DNA of 64,000 nt from Vitrella brassicaformis CCMP3155 (Eukaryota; Protista; Chromerida), in contig CDMY01000929.1 of the NCBI GenBank assembly GCA_001179505.1, positions 1 through 64,000 on the forward strand, in the 5' to 3' direction. Both the position numbers and the translations under genes were made by a program. A model generated the notes under the pieces. That model was not told the origin of the DNA. It worked only from the letters and a program-made list of their open reading frames with translations, and searched no databases. Shown here piece by piece: positions 47,862 to 60,651 of the stretch (positions are counted from its first letter, which is position 1; each line of letters opens with the position of its first letter).

Positions 47862-48216
47862 TGGATGTACGGATTGACTCATGAATGATGTATGGATTGA
47901 CTCAACCATGGAAGTTTGGCTGAGCACAGGTTAGTTCAGTAACACACAGACAGACATGTACGTACCTTGAACTGCGTCACATGTGAACGAGGCAGCCACA
48001 ACGCACCGCATTGGTGTTGCGAGATCGTTTGTTACTCGTCCTCCACCAATGCACTTCAACAACCACTGCGACTTCAACCACTGCAAAGCTCGCAAAACCC
48101 AGAGTCATTCTTACCCTTCCCCCCACATTCACCCTTAACCACCACTGCGAGTCATCTCGACTGGGATGGGGGTCGGTCAATCTCGCGCCACTCTCGTTTC
48201 TCGAGCGGAAACCGCT

Positions 48217-48423
48217 ATGAAACAACTGGAGGTCCACCCTCCTGACCTGTCCGAGCTGGGTTGGGATGATTTCCAGGCGCTTGAGACTACACTCAATGCG
48301 GACGGCTCGGTCAAGGACAAGGACATGTTCCTGCACTACGTGAGGGGATTCCATCAGCGGCAACAGGCTGCGCCTGATGGCGAGAAGAGGGGAGGTTACA
48401 AAGTGCAGGACCTACATCGCCAG
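48217..48423 (+). CDS. Hypothetical coding exon, downstream exons unresolved
   Basis: MKQLEVHPPDLSELGWDDFQALE..HRQ|GT is coding-like. The next acceptor (48506) gives an early stop in phase 0. Confidence 0.35.
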
Positions 48424-51400
48424 GTGACTGACACATGGGCGTGAGGAAGTGACACCATCCCATCGATGCGTTATGTCTTGTGCTGTGTGTGTTGCGGTGC
48501 TTTCAGTCTGGTCTCGGGCGAGGCTGATCCTGTCCCTCCCTCATCGGCTGGGTTGCCCGAGTCTGGTTCCTCCCCTGTGGTGGATGAGTCCATCGTGGCA
48601 GGTGGGGTCAAGGGGGCGATGCCGTCACCGAGGGCCTCATGGGAAAGGGAAGATGAGGGAGATGACACAGCAGCAGCAGGAGGAAGGCAAGGCAGGTGAG
48701 GGCAAGGAGGGGTGACCGTTCCGTGCGTATCGACGTGCGCACGAGTCATCAAACGTCGATACGTATGAGCCATCATCTCTGCTGTGTGTGCAGTTTCTCG
48801 TGGAATGGGAGGTATTACTCGAAGGAGCTGATCGCCGACATGAATGATCCGGTGAGCAGACGGAGAGAGAACAGGCTGCATACATGCATGGATACACCTG
48901 CATCCATCCGTGCCGTCAGAGTAAAGAGATGTGCTGGTCCGAAGCTGTCGGAGAGGGATTTGGTGCTGGTCGGTAGCTCATCGATGCTGCCTTATTATTG
49001 TGGCGCTGGTGGATGTGGCAATGTCGATTGAGCCACTGCATCAACACCACAAGTGGTACAGAGTTTGCAGCCGGATCTCACTGCCTGCCATCTTACATAC
49101 AGGGCACGTGACTGCATGGATTGCCCATGGCCATCACTGCTCTCACTGCTCTTTTATCGGCTTTCGGTGGCTAATCTATCTATCGGCTGGCGCCCGGCCA
49201 CGCCATCGCTGTGTGCCAGGTGTTGAGTAGGCGAGTTCGGTGCATGTGTGTCTGGACTGCTGATGTCAGTGAGTGAGAGTGAGGCGATGCGATTCTCGAG
49301 GCCATCCCTTGGTGCCCATTGAAGGGATCCACTCGAGGCCAATGCAGGTGAACTCAATCAACATGCACACACTCACGCAAACCATGGCGTCAAATCATCC
49401 ATTGCAAAGGTTCAATAAGAAATGCAAGCCGTTTCGGTCCACAATGCTGCCTGGTCAAGAGCGTTGACTCTCGCTGAGCACCCGCAGAGGTCAAATGAAG
49501 GCCCGCTGCACCCAAACAGGCGCAAATGATGGCATCAGAGCTCCATTCGCGGCCGGTCGGCGGCCAACAGGGGAAAGATCTCATCAAAGTGAGCGTAATT
49601 CGTGCAATCTGACTTCAGCTATGGCAGCCGCCATCCTCTCTGCCCCTGCCTGCCTTCTATGGCCCTCGCTTGTCCGCAGAAAGCAAAATGAAGGTGCGGC
49701 GAGATTTTTGCGAGCTGAGACGGAGGCAAGCCCGCATTTAGAATCCGCGGCGAGTTTTCACATTCTTCGTCCGCGTTCGGCTTTCCAGCCTTCTTTCAGC
49801 CACAGATCCTCCAGTTTCTTTTCTTTTCGGCTGGTTGTTGGCTTGTGTTGTCCGCCGCATCTCCCTCGACCCCTCCCAACTTGTCCGCATTTCATCCGCC
49901 ACTTTTTCCTCCACCGCCGTGCCCCGGGCGAGGCCTCGCCTGGTGGCGCCCTGCCTTCTGCTGAGTGGCTGGCGACTGCCTGGCGTAAGCTGAGTGGCAC
50001 GCGCCTTCTTCTCGCATATACCGACCACCAACAGGTGAGTGTGGCCTCGTGTGTCATGTCTGTTGGGTGTGGTGATGGTGGGATGTATGGTTGGTGTGTA
50101 GGGATGAATGTATGGCGCATTTTGTTGCCGTGGGTGTCCTCATAGGCCTCTCAGTGCCATGTCTGTGTCTGCAGATGAAAGGGCGATTTCTTCTTTTCAT
50201 CGCCGTCTCCTTTTCTCGACACATCTCTCTGAAGGTCCGCAAGTGCCTCACTGAGTCTGGTGTTCACGTGCACGTCAGTGTCTTTGTCTCTTGCTTTTCA
50301 GAAATGTGACCCCTTGGTCCGACCGGACTCCGACGGAAAGAAGGGGAGAGAAGAGACAGATCAGATCAAATAATCCAATTCATCGTTGTCCCTTGCAGCT
50401 GACCAGGAAGTTTTACCACGACGACTACAACCGTGTGGTCGAAAAGAAGATATGCACACGAAAGACACGAAGGTAGTCGTATACTGATGTGCACTGTGTC
50501 AGAAATTCAGAACGCTCACTGATTTTTTCAGCAGAAAACGAGCTGTGTCTTCAGACAGAAGCTCCAACAGAAGCCGAGCTTCTGAGTAGGCCAGTCGCTT
50601 CCTTCGCGCCGCCACCAAAAGCTCTTTATATCGTGAAGAACACTTGACATCCATCCATCCATCTCGGTCGGCACCTAGACCTCCTTCCTCACCTCTCATG
50701 TTTGTCATGTGTGCTACATCATGGACGCAGGCGGCCCGCAACCAGCCCCAGCCCCAGCCCCAGCCACCTGCCTCGGAGTCTTGGGGACCGCCGTCAAGTG
50801 CACCACCACCGCCCATCGCCCCTCACAAAGAATATCAAGCCGACAACAAAGGCCAACAAGCACAACATCAACATCGACCCCCCGCCGGCCGCTGCCGAGG
50901 ACACAAACGCGTCGCTCATCAAAGTGAGCGGAGAGAGAGGGCGGGGCACTGACAGGCGATAATGCACTCATGTGTGTGTCTGTGTCTGTGTCTGTCTGTC
51001 TGTGTGTGTGCACATCGTCTTCCAGCGCCTTTTCTCCTTCGTTCCAGTGCCTTTTCTCCTCTGTTCCGACGGTTGTGGTGACAGATACCATCGACAAATC
51101 GTACCCACCACCACGATAGCCGAGAGAGACGACAAAACGGTCCTCTCAGGAGTTCGAACCGCAGACGGTTGAGGGTCACGTCCCTCGGCCTGCTCACGGG
51201 CTGCACAGCCATGTTCGCGCTCGTGGCTGCCGTGTACTGGAGCTGCGAGCTGTCCGTGGAGGTGCTGGGCCCGCTGCTGTGTGTTCTGACGGTCTTCTGC
51301 CTCGGCTCCATTGCTGGGTAAGAAATGTGCACCGCAGAAGCATGATCTTGACCCATGATTCATACGTAACTCGTCGTGTGTGTATTCGATGTGTGTGTTT

Positions 51401-54039
51401 CCCTTCAGGGCTGTTGGCATGATATGTGACATCATCTGCCCGCCGGGACTCACACCCACACAACTGCTCACCGTGTTCGCGTTGGCGCAGGCCGTCATGG
51501 GCGTGGTGTCTCTCTCCCTGTCTCAACACATCGCTGCTGGCGGGGTGGTCGGTGCTGGTGGCGGTATGGGGCGTCCTCACCGGGCCCAAGCGGAGGGTAT
51601 TGTTCGGCAGTGGGAAAAGATGGTTGGGCAGACACACAGCGAGAATCTCGTCCTGGTACGCACTACTGTCTGTCTGCAGACACACACCAAACCACTCCAC
51701 AGCCATTCTCTTGATTGGTATTCCTTGTTCATCTACACACATATATAGGACACTCGATTCTCCAGGAGACGGCAGGCCACCATCGCCGAGCTGTACGCTG
51801 ACATCCGCCGCACCGCAGACACGTACGTATGGATCTGTGTGTGTGGGGAGAGGGAAACCCAGATATATCGATGCGTCTGTCTGCCTGTCCGTCTCAATCA
51901 GGTATCTGCGGAAGGACCCCGACCACCACAAAGGGAGACCCATTGCCTGTCCGCCCACCATCAGCCCTGCCAACCTGCTGCGGCGTGTGAGCCTGTGGCC
52001 CAGCCCCCTCCTCGCCCTTCCCCCCCCCACACACATCGGCAACCGTATGCCCACGCACACCGAGATGCACAAGCACGGTGTGAGAACATGACGAGATCGA
52101 CATGTGGGAGTCATCCTTTCGTGTCTCTGTACTCGCAGATCGAATCGTTGTCTACATTTTATATTCGTCGGCATATCTTCGGTTCTTCGCAGTCATGTCG
52201 TTTCCGACAGGACCAGAACAAGACCTCAATGGCAAAGACATACATTGAATACATAAGGAGTACTTTGTCTTCTTTGCTCTTCTCTCTGTCGATGGGTGGT
52301 TTGCAGATCGCTGGCTACATTTTATATTCGATCGGGCCGATGACTTCGAATCGCACGTACTGTCTTGCTTGCCGTTTGCACATCAGAAGTGAGCTGTCAA
52401 AATATACTATGTATACTGATCAAGTCAGTCGTGTGTACGTGTCTTGTGCCTCTTCGTGTACAGATGGATGTCGCTGTCTCCATCTCATATCTCCGATGGG
52501 CCTGCCTACTAAATCATCCACGTCTGCCCCCGGCGGCCCCACAGGTACGTACCTAAGTGAGGGAGACACAAAAGAGGTGATAATCAAGATTTGCTCATGT
52601 CTCTTCTCTTTTCTCTGTTTGTCTCCGCATCTTTGGCCGCTTCGGCGGCCCCCTGAGACGCCTCCTCTATCTGGCGCGCTACCCCACGGGCCAGCCTACG
52701 CCCTCCACTTGCAGCGTTGATGACGCTTGCCTGATGCGATGTGGGTACTCACCTGTGTGTTCCCATCTGTTCTGCGATCCCCAGGAGGTCAGTCGTCTCT
52801 TGAAGGAGAAGTTGCGCGCCGAGCGGGAGGAGAGGGTTAAGAAGGAGGCCCTACTCGAGCAGTTGGACCGAGAGGGAACGCGGGCCAATGGCTGCCAACG
52901 ACCTCTGCTGCCCTGTCTTTCAGGAGCTGTTGCGTATGTGCCGGGACAAGTCGGAGATCAACAAGGTAAGATCAGCGACTTGAACACATGCCAATCTGAA
53001 TGCCCGTGTGGTGTGTGTACATTTTATATCGCGGCGGGAGGGAGGCAAGGGTGGGACGGCACTGCCTCGGTGCCATTGCTGGGTGAGAAATAAGCACCGC
53101 AGAAGCATGGATCTCGACCCATGATTCATAGCTCGTCATGTATCCGGTCTGCGTGTGCGTTTCAGGGCTGCGGGGATGATGTGGGACATCATATGCCCAC
53201 AGAGCCGCGTCTGTGCCACCACGCCAGCCCATGGCGCCGCCAGCAACAAAACCCTCGGCATGCTCCCCCACGCCCTCTCGGTGGTCATGGCCATCGAACA
53301 GCTGGCCCTCGCGGCATCCTGGCTCATCTACGGCTCGTGCGTGGGAGTCTTCGGGCCCGCTGTCAAGTGGTGCACCGTCACCGCACCACGACACTTCAAC
53401 GGATCCCTCACGGTGAGCCAGGGCAGCCAGGGAGGGAGGGGAGGGAGGGAGGGAGGGAAGCGAACAATGCACCACACACGTGCACTTGTGTGCCTTTCTT
53501 TGTGTGCCTTTCTTTGTGTGCCTTTCTTTGTGTGCCTTTCTTTGTGTGTGTGTGTGTGGTGTGTGTGTGTGCAGTGGTTCGGTCTGTCTGCGGCTGAGAA
53601 GCCCATCGTCAACGCCAAGGGCGACACCCGCTGCGCCACCCACGACAGCCTCCCACCACACGACACGGCCTCCACCTCCTCCCCCAGCAGCCACACGCCC
53701 ACACTGGGCCTCAAGAAGAAGAAGAGCAAGAAGCGGGCCAAGTTCGTGCCCGATCCAAGGCTTTACGCCAACCCAGAGGCAGCAGACAGCACCGCCGCCA
53801 CCATCATGGCTGTCGTCGAGGGTGTGGTCGAGGGGCTTTGTGGGCTGCCGTCTGCTGTTTTCGGCTGCCTGGCCTTCGTGTACAGCTTCGCCGAGAGCTG
53901 CCTCAACGACCTGTGTTGCTTCGCCAAGGCCGTCTGGCTACTGATGAGCCGCCCATCGCCCAAAACCAAGATGGTCAAGGCCGACAAGGAAGGCGAGTAC
54001 GTCATCGAGATCCCTCTGTTGCTCGAGGTGAGCCAGAGG

Positions 54040-54339
54040 NNNNNNNNNNNNNNNNNNNNNNNNNNNNNNNNNNNNNNNNNNNNNNNNNNNNNNNNNNNNN
54101 NNNNNNNNNNNNNNNNNNNNNNNNNNNNNNNNNNNNNNNNNNNNNNNNNNNNNNNNNNNNNNNNNNNNNNNNNNNNNNNNNNNNNNNNNNNNNNNNNNNN
54201 NNNNNNNNNNNNNNNNNNNNNNNNNNNNNNNNNNNNNNNNNNNNNNNNNNNNNNNNNNNNNNNNNNNNNNNNNNNNNNNNNNNNNNNNNNNNNNNNNNNN
54301 NNNNNNNNNNNNNNNNNNNNNNNNNNNNNNNNNNNNNNN
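54040..54339. other. Assembly gap (300 N)
   Basis: Run of N. Confidence 1.
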
Positions 54340-55688
54340 GGAGACATGGACGAGAGTTTTCTCACTGTGTGTGTGTGTGTGCAGGGCACTGAGGCGGTGT
54401 TGGTGCTGGTGATAGTTGTGATGACGTTTGTGTCTGCGGCCTGCGTACTGATCCCCCCGTCACTGCCACTGCTGCTGCTGCTAGTGGGGGTGATCTGGCT
54501 GCTCCCCTCCAACAAGACCTCCATGTCACCACAGCAGGACGACAGTAACGCCGTCTACCATGATGCAGACGACGCCGTCTACCATGATGCACAGGAGGGA
54601 AACAGGTGTGTACTGCATGCATATGGGCACCCACACACCCACACCACACGAAGAACGAACACGATGGGCACCAATACGTCAGTCAGTCAGTCCGGTTTCT
54701 GTGTCTGCTCTGCCTGTCCTGTATGCTATGCGCACAGCGACGAGGGGTCCGACTGGTGGAAGCTGGCTCATCGGGGTGTTGACGTTCGGACCCGCCGTCA
54801 AGTGGTGCATCGTCACCGCACCACAGCACTTCAAGAGGCCCGTCGCGGTGAGCCAGAGAGGGACAGAGGGAGGGGGACAGTGCCGACGCGCACCACACAC
54901 GTGCACTTGTGTGCCTTTCTTTCTTGATGTGTGTGTGTGTGCAGTTGTTCGGTCTGTCTGCGGGCGAGCAGCAGAAGCCCATCGTCAACGCAAAGGGCGA
55001 CGCCCCCGCCCCACCACCGACACGCCCACACTGCCCCCCAGGATGAAGAAGGGCAGAAAGCGGCCCAAGTTTGAACCTGACAAGAAACTTCATAGCATCT
55101 CCGAGGAGGCACCAGAGACCATCACCCCCATCGTCAGCGCGAAGGCGACACCCGCGGCGCCGCCAACGACATGGCATCCTCCACGGAAGTTCCTCCGCAC
55201 CAAACAGTACCCTTCCGATGTAAGTCGATGGATGGCAGCCCCCACACACACGCAGAATGCATTCAAGGACATAATTGGATTGGATGTGTGTGGCGTGTGG
55301 TGGTCAGGTGGTTTTCTACGCCACCGACTGGCGGAACCCCTTTGAGTACTGTGTGGGCATTGGTTTGTACGGGAGGGTGTTCAAAGGCATTGTTGACGGT
55401 CAGTGAGAGAGCGTCCATTCGCAAGAAAGAAAGATTCCCACGTGCCATGTGTGTTGTGTGTGCCCCTTGGTTGTGCAGGGCGTGAGAGCATCTTAGTCGA
55501 GCAGTTGTGGGAGGACGGCTTCGAGAACGAGCTCAAGACATACCCTAAGGTTGCGAGCTGTTACAGCGCTTTTTTCAACAAATACCAGCACAACTTCTAC
55601 CAGCTGCACAGAGCTGATAGCTGCACAGAGCTGATAGCTGCACAGAGCTGTTACCGCGCTTTTTGCAAAAAATACCAGCACAAGTACC

Positions 55689-55930
55689 GATGCTCATCTC
55701 CGCTGCAGCGCCGTCGAAGGCCCGCAGCTGCGATGGGTAGCTACTGATGTTTTGTCGTTCGGTCGCTCCAACAGGCTTCTTTGGACCGCAGCTTGATCCA
55801 TTCGGCTTTCCAGACACGGTAGACCGCTGAATTCGCATTGCAGATGGCCTTCTTCTCCACTGCAGTGGCGTTGATGGCCCGCTGCCCGCGTGAGCTGTGG
55901 CTGATACTCCTTGTGATGTACCTGGAGTCG
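55689..55930 (+). pseudogene. Two tandem 5' fragments of the MFS transporter gene at 60652
   Basis: CACAAGTACCGATGCTC..GCTGCAGCG (55689) and FFSTAVALMARCPRELWLILLVMYLES (55844-55930) match the start of the 60652 gene, including its upstream sequence. Confidence 0.85.
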
Positions 55931-58649
55931 TCGTGTGGTGCTTGCGGCAGAGGGGGGAGGGCCCTCCTCGGATGGCTGTCTACATTTTATATCTGCAAGG
56001 CTTTGTCCACATCATCCCTCGAACAACGAATCGCCCGGTACGGAGAGCTCTAAGCGTCGCGTTCACGTGCGCAGATACATCACACTGAATGTCCGTTCAT
56101 GTGTCTGTTTGTTTGTTTGTTTGGCAGAGACATCGCTGCCTACATTTTATATCGAGGTCGGCCCTGTACTTCATCACAATACCGCTGCCATGGCCAACAA
56201 TTGTCGAGGTGACCTTGTGTCGCTGGAGCGCCTGCCTGTCGACTACAGAGCTCAACCAAGTCGTCTGCACAGGGTAGGGGTCAACGTTTCACACGCACGC
56301 ACCTCAACACACTCCTACAACCAGACCTCACGCTTCGCCTTGTCTGTCGGTTGGTTTGTTGGTTGGTTTGTTGGTTGACGACGAGCAGCCGCACCCCAAT
56401 GCCCGATGGGGTTCTGACATCGGCCTCCTTACGTTCCTGTGCGTCGCTGGGTGAGAAATATGCACCGCAGAAGCATGGATCTTGGCCCATGATTCATATC
56501 TTGCTGTGTGGATTCGGGTGTGTCTGTTTCAGTGTTGTGGTGATGATATGTAACATCATACGCCAACGGAGCCTTGTCTCTGCCCACACGCCAGCCCATG
56601 GCGCCGCCAGCAACATGACCCTCGGCACAGCGGTCAAGGTGAGCCAGGGAGGGAGGGAGGGAGGGAGGGGGGCAGTGCCCACGCGCACCACACGCACCAC
56701 ACACATGCACTTGTGTGCCTTTCTTTGCGTGTGTGTGACCATGTGTGTGTGAAGTCGTTTGGTCTGTCTGCGGGTGGGCAGCTGCCATCCATCATCGGCA
56801 AGAAGAGAAGGCTGCCTCTACAGACAAGGCTTCTGTCCAACCCCCCCTGTACCCACTGATACTATCCAAGCGACACAGCCACAAAACGAGCCGCAAAAGG
56901 CTGCTCTGCACAGACGCCTTGACCGACACAGACGCCCTGGCTCTACACAGGCTGTGCGCGCTCTACACAGGCTGCGCGCGCTGAGGTTCGAACCCCTCGG
57001 CGGCAATTTGCTCGGTGGCTTTTCCCATCCCCTTCTGCATCGCCTTTCCCTGCTTTTTAACCAACCGCTGCTGCTTGCCACCTGTCATCTGCAGCATGAC
57101 CGATCTCTGCTGCGTCTGCTGCTACCACTGGCCGTGTTGGTCTTCATCTTGCTTTCTCTGATGTGCGTCGTCTCGAAAGCTCCGCCACACGGTGGCTGAT
57201 GCAACGGAGGAAAGCTTGGAGTCCGACGAGGAAGAGCTTGGAGTCCCCCCTCCTAATTCATTACTCTCTGTGTGGATTTGCGTGTGTGTGTGTGTGTGTC
57301 GACGCCAGGTACGCAGGAGATGTCTCAATGAAAACAAATACAGATACATCATAGCTATAGGTATGCGCCCATCCGTTTGTTTGTCTGTCTGTTTGGCAGA
57401 GACATCGCTGTCTTCATTTCATATCGCGGTCGGCCCTATATTTCAGCAATATCGGCATCCTTTGGCGCCAGCACAGCTCGAGAAGCTCCCTTCTATACTG
57501 GCGGTATGCAGTAAGCTCGATTTTGTGAGACACAGATGCATTTATCGTCGATGCAATGCCGTGTGGATGGATGGCTGAAGGGCTGTTGAGGTATGTGTGC
57601 GCATTAATTAATTCGCTGATTGGTTGGTCGGTTGCTTGTGTGTCAATCAATCAATCAATCAATTAGCGGTTCTGAGGGTGAACGACAACCGCGTGCTGGC
57701 CAAGGCCTCATCGTCGACTATGGACACACCTACAGCAAGGCTACCAACGGGTGAGCATACACACATACATAACACACTCCCGCCTTACTTACGCACACTA
57801 CGGTGTCTTGTCGGTCGGTCGTTTTCTGCCTTTACCTACTTAGCTGCCGCGCGAGCAGCAGCGGTCTGCGGATTCACTCACTAGGCGTCTCATCGTTGCT
57901 GTGATTTACAGATTCGTCTGTTTGCTCGAGCTGCATCCGCAGGCAGTGAATGAAGAGCAAAAGCGGAGGCGGTGGCATGAGCTGGGGGGGAAAGGGGACG
58001 GATTGAGGGATGTAGGGATGGCTGACAGAGAGACACGTGTACGTGTGAACCGTGATGGATGGACGCATGGATTTGCTTGCTGCGGGGTTTGGCGGAGAGC
58101 CGGTGTGATGTGAGTTAATGGATATCGGTCAAGGTCAAGAGATATACGGATGGCTGGAATGGATCAAGTGACCATTTGCATCAAGTGACCAGCGATCGAT
58201 AGTCGGAGACACTACCTGCACCCATCACAACACACACGTGGACATGCTTCCCTCTCTGCATCACACAAAACGTCAAATCCTGCCGATGCTTCTGACGGTG
58301 TGCCGGGGTCCACACACGTTGGCCTATCAGCAGAAATAATAGGCCGATGCTCAAGCACACGAGGACGCACAGGCAGGCAGCCAATCGACGCAACACACAA
58401 TATCCACACGCGTATCCACAGGGACGGCACCCTCAGAAAACGAGTGGCTCCCAATGAACATTCCAGCCCCAGCGCCCCCTCTGATACAGCCAGTGCTACT
58501 GGCCCTTCCTCCTGCGCCGCCGCAGACACGCAGACACCGAACGAGCCAGGCACACCGACAGCCGCGCACGAATCCACTGTTCGACCCGGCGAAGCGGCGA
58601 ATGAAGCGGTTGGGGTCAGAGAGGCCGGCCCGTGACCGCTGGATGGCCT

Positions 58650-60230
58650 CTGCAGTGACCCTGCTCGCACGTCCTCCTTGATGCTGATCCGTTCCATCTC
58701 CAGCTGCACTATCTGGCGGTCTATCGCGTCAAGATCCTCTGGGCGGCTGGTCACCTGAACGTTCAGCACAACATGACTCCAGCACATGTGTGTGAGCGGG
58801 TACTGTGTGCGTACCTGCACTTTGAGCTTTGCGGCGGGCTCGTCACCAGGTCGATGGCCTCGTCGGGCAAGAACCGATCGCTGATGTATCGATTAGCGAG
58901 ATTGCTGGCGGCAACCAGGGCAGAGTCGCGGATTCGCACACCATGATGCATCTCATACCGCTCATGCGTCCACGGCCGGTTCGTCCACATAGACCGACTG
59001 AAAGCGTCGGCCCGATGTACCGCAGCTACCAACACACATACAGGCATAGAGACAGACACACAGACAGACAGTCGTGCTGGAATATGTGAGAGTGAGCAAA
59101 TGGTTTTGTTGCACTGACCTTGAGTATGTTGCGCATCCATGCCGCCCGACTCGCCGCCCCCGCCCGCCCCCTCGTCGATGAACATGACGACCTGCCCCTG
59201 GGCGTCACTCACCTCCTTCAACACGCCCTTGAGCCGTTTGTCAAACTCGCCACGGTACTTGGCACCTAGAAGTATATATGCATCGGTCAGAGAGTTTGTG
59301 TGTGTAAGTGTGTGTGTGTACCTGCGATCGCGGATGCCATGTTGGGGGCGATGAGTCGTCGGCCTTTTAGTGAGTCAGGGACGTCACCGAGGAGGATCCG
59401 CTGCGCCAGGCCCTCAGCGATGGCCGTCTTGCCCTCACCGGGGTCACCCAGCAGAATCGGGTTGTTCTTGCTACATGGACCCCACACGCACGTACAGATT
59501 CTCTCGTGTCGCCCGCGGGATCTCCTCGTCACGCCCGATGACGGGGTCCAGCTTGCCCTCGCTCGCCAGCTCATTCAAATCCCTGCACCAACAGAGCTCA
59601 TTCATGCAAGAGCAACAACTGCGTGCCTTGATTCGTACCTGCCGTACTTCTCCAGTGCCTGGTATGATCCCTCGGCCGTCTTGGTCGTCACGCGACGAGA
59701 GCCGCGCAGATATCTGACCGCCTGAAGGAGTGCCTCAGGCGTGATGCCTTGGTGCTGCAGAGCCTCTTTTGAAGCGAGTGTCGGCCTCGGCTAGGGCCAG
59801 CAGCAGGTGCTCAACAGATCCGACTCGTCTGTGAAGCGGCCCTTGATCGACTTGGCCGTATTCAAGACCTGCCTACACTCACACACTTCCACATCCTCCT
59901 TTAGTGGCAGACCTCCCTCAACAACTCACGTTGATGAGAGACCTTCCAGCCGGCCTGTCCAACGCGCCCCGTGCTCGAGGTACTCCTTCAGCTGATGGCA
60001 GGAAGACAAATGTGCATCAACGCTTTCCTTGCCCACCCGTGCGCCACCTCACCCTTGAAGAGAATGCGATGCGCAAGCCCATCTGGTCCCTGGTTGAGCA
60101 GATCCGCCTCAGCACGGCGGCTGATTCCTCTCTTTCAGCGGAGTCACCTCTGTGATCGCCTCCCAGGCCTTCTCAGTATAGTCATTGGCATTCACCGGCC
60201 TGGACGCTCGATGAATAGCCCCGACAGCCG
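58650..60230 (-). pseudogene. clpB: ClpB/Hsp101 chaperone pseudogene (N-domain, NBD1, start of M-domain; intron-containing, truncated)
   Basis: [97 protein letters not shown]. It has frameshifts, stops, a deletion after Walker B, and no NBD2. Confidence 0.92.
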
Positions 60231-60651
60231 CTTGGTGGACCAGGTGCATTGCGTGCTGTTGTCGACCGCCATGCCGACTCATGGAACGGCCGCGCATTTC
60301 CGTTGGTAAAGCCGCTGCGTTGAGATGGATGGGATGTGGCGAGGCATCTGGATGCGGACAGCATCCCATCCATCCCAACTTCTGCCGATGGGATACGTGT
60401 CTTGTGCAGAGATCTTCAGTCTTGACAGCATGACCACCCCATACAGTGATTCTCTCCTCAAGATCCCCATCTGGTGTTTTGTGAAGAGAGCATTTTCGTC
60501 TGTACAGGGAATTGTTTTGTGGGGCACCCTAAGGTTTTGCGAGCTCCCAAGCTACGATGCATGCAAGCTACCCTTTAGCACAACAGCATAACAGCTAGCT
60601 GTTAGAGCGCTTTCTGGCCAGCAGAAGTTTATCACACACGCACAAGTACCG

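Larger units (their letters stand above)
50700..57250 (+). repeat. Cluster of partial, diverged copies of an uncharacterised multi-exon membrane-protein family
   Basis: A shared intron/exon block (GCTGG|GT.AGAAAT..GCACCGCAGAAGCATG..CCCATGATTCATA..TCAG|) occurs at about 51310, 53075 and 56445. A shared exon GP/TAVK(W)C.VTAP.HF occurs at about 50790, 53355, 54790 and 56625. Confidence 0.85.

Noticed and set aside
49495-50470. ORF 49495..50145 and following small exon-like pieces
   Set aside because: No recognisable domain, and I could not build a consistent spliced frame.
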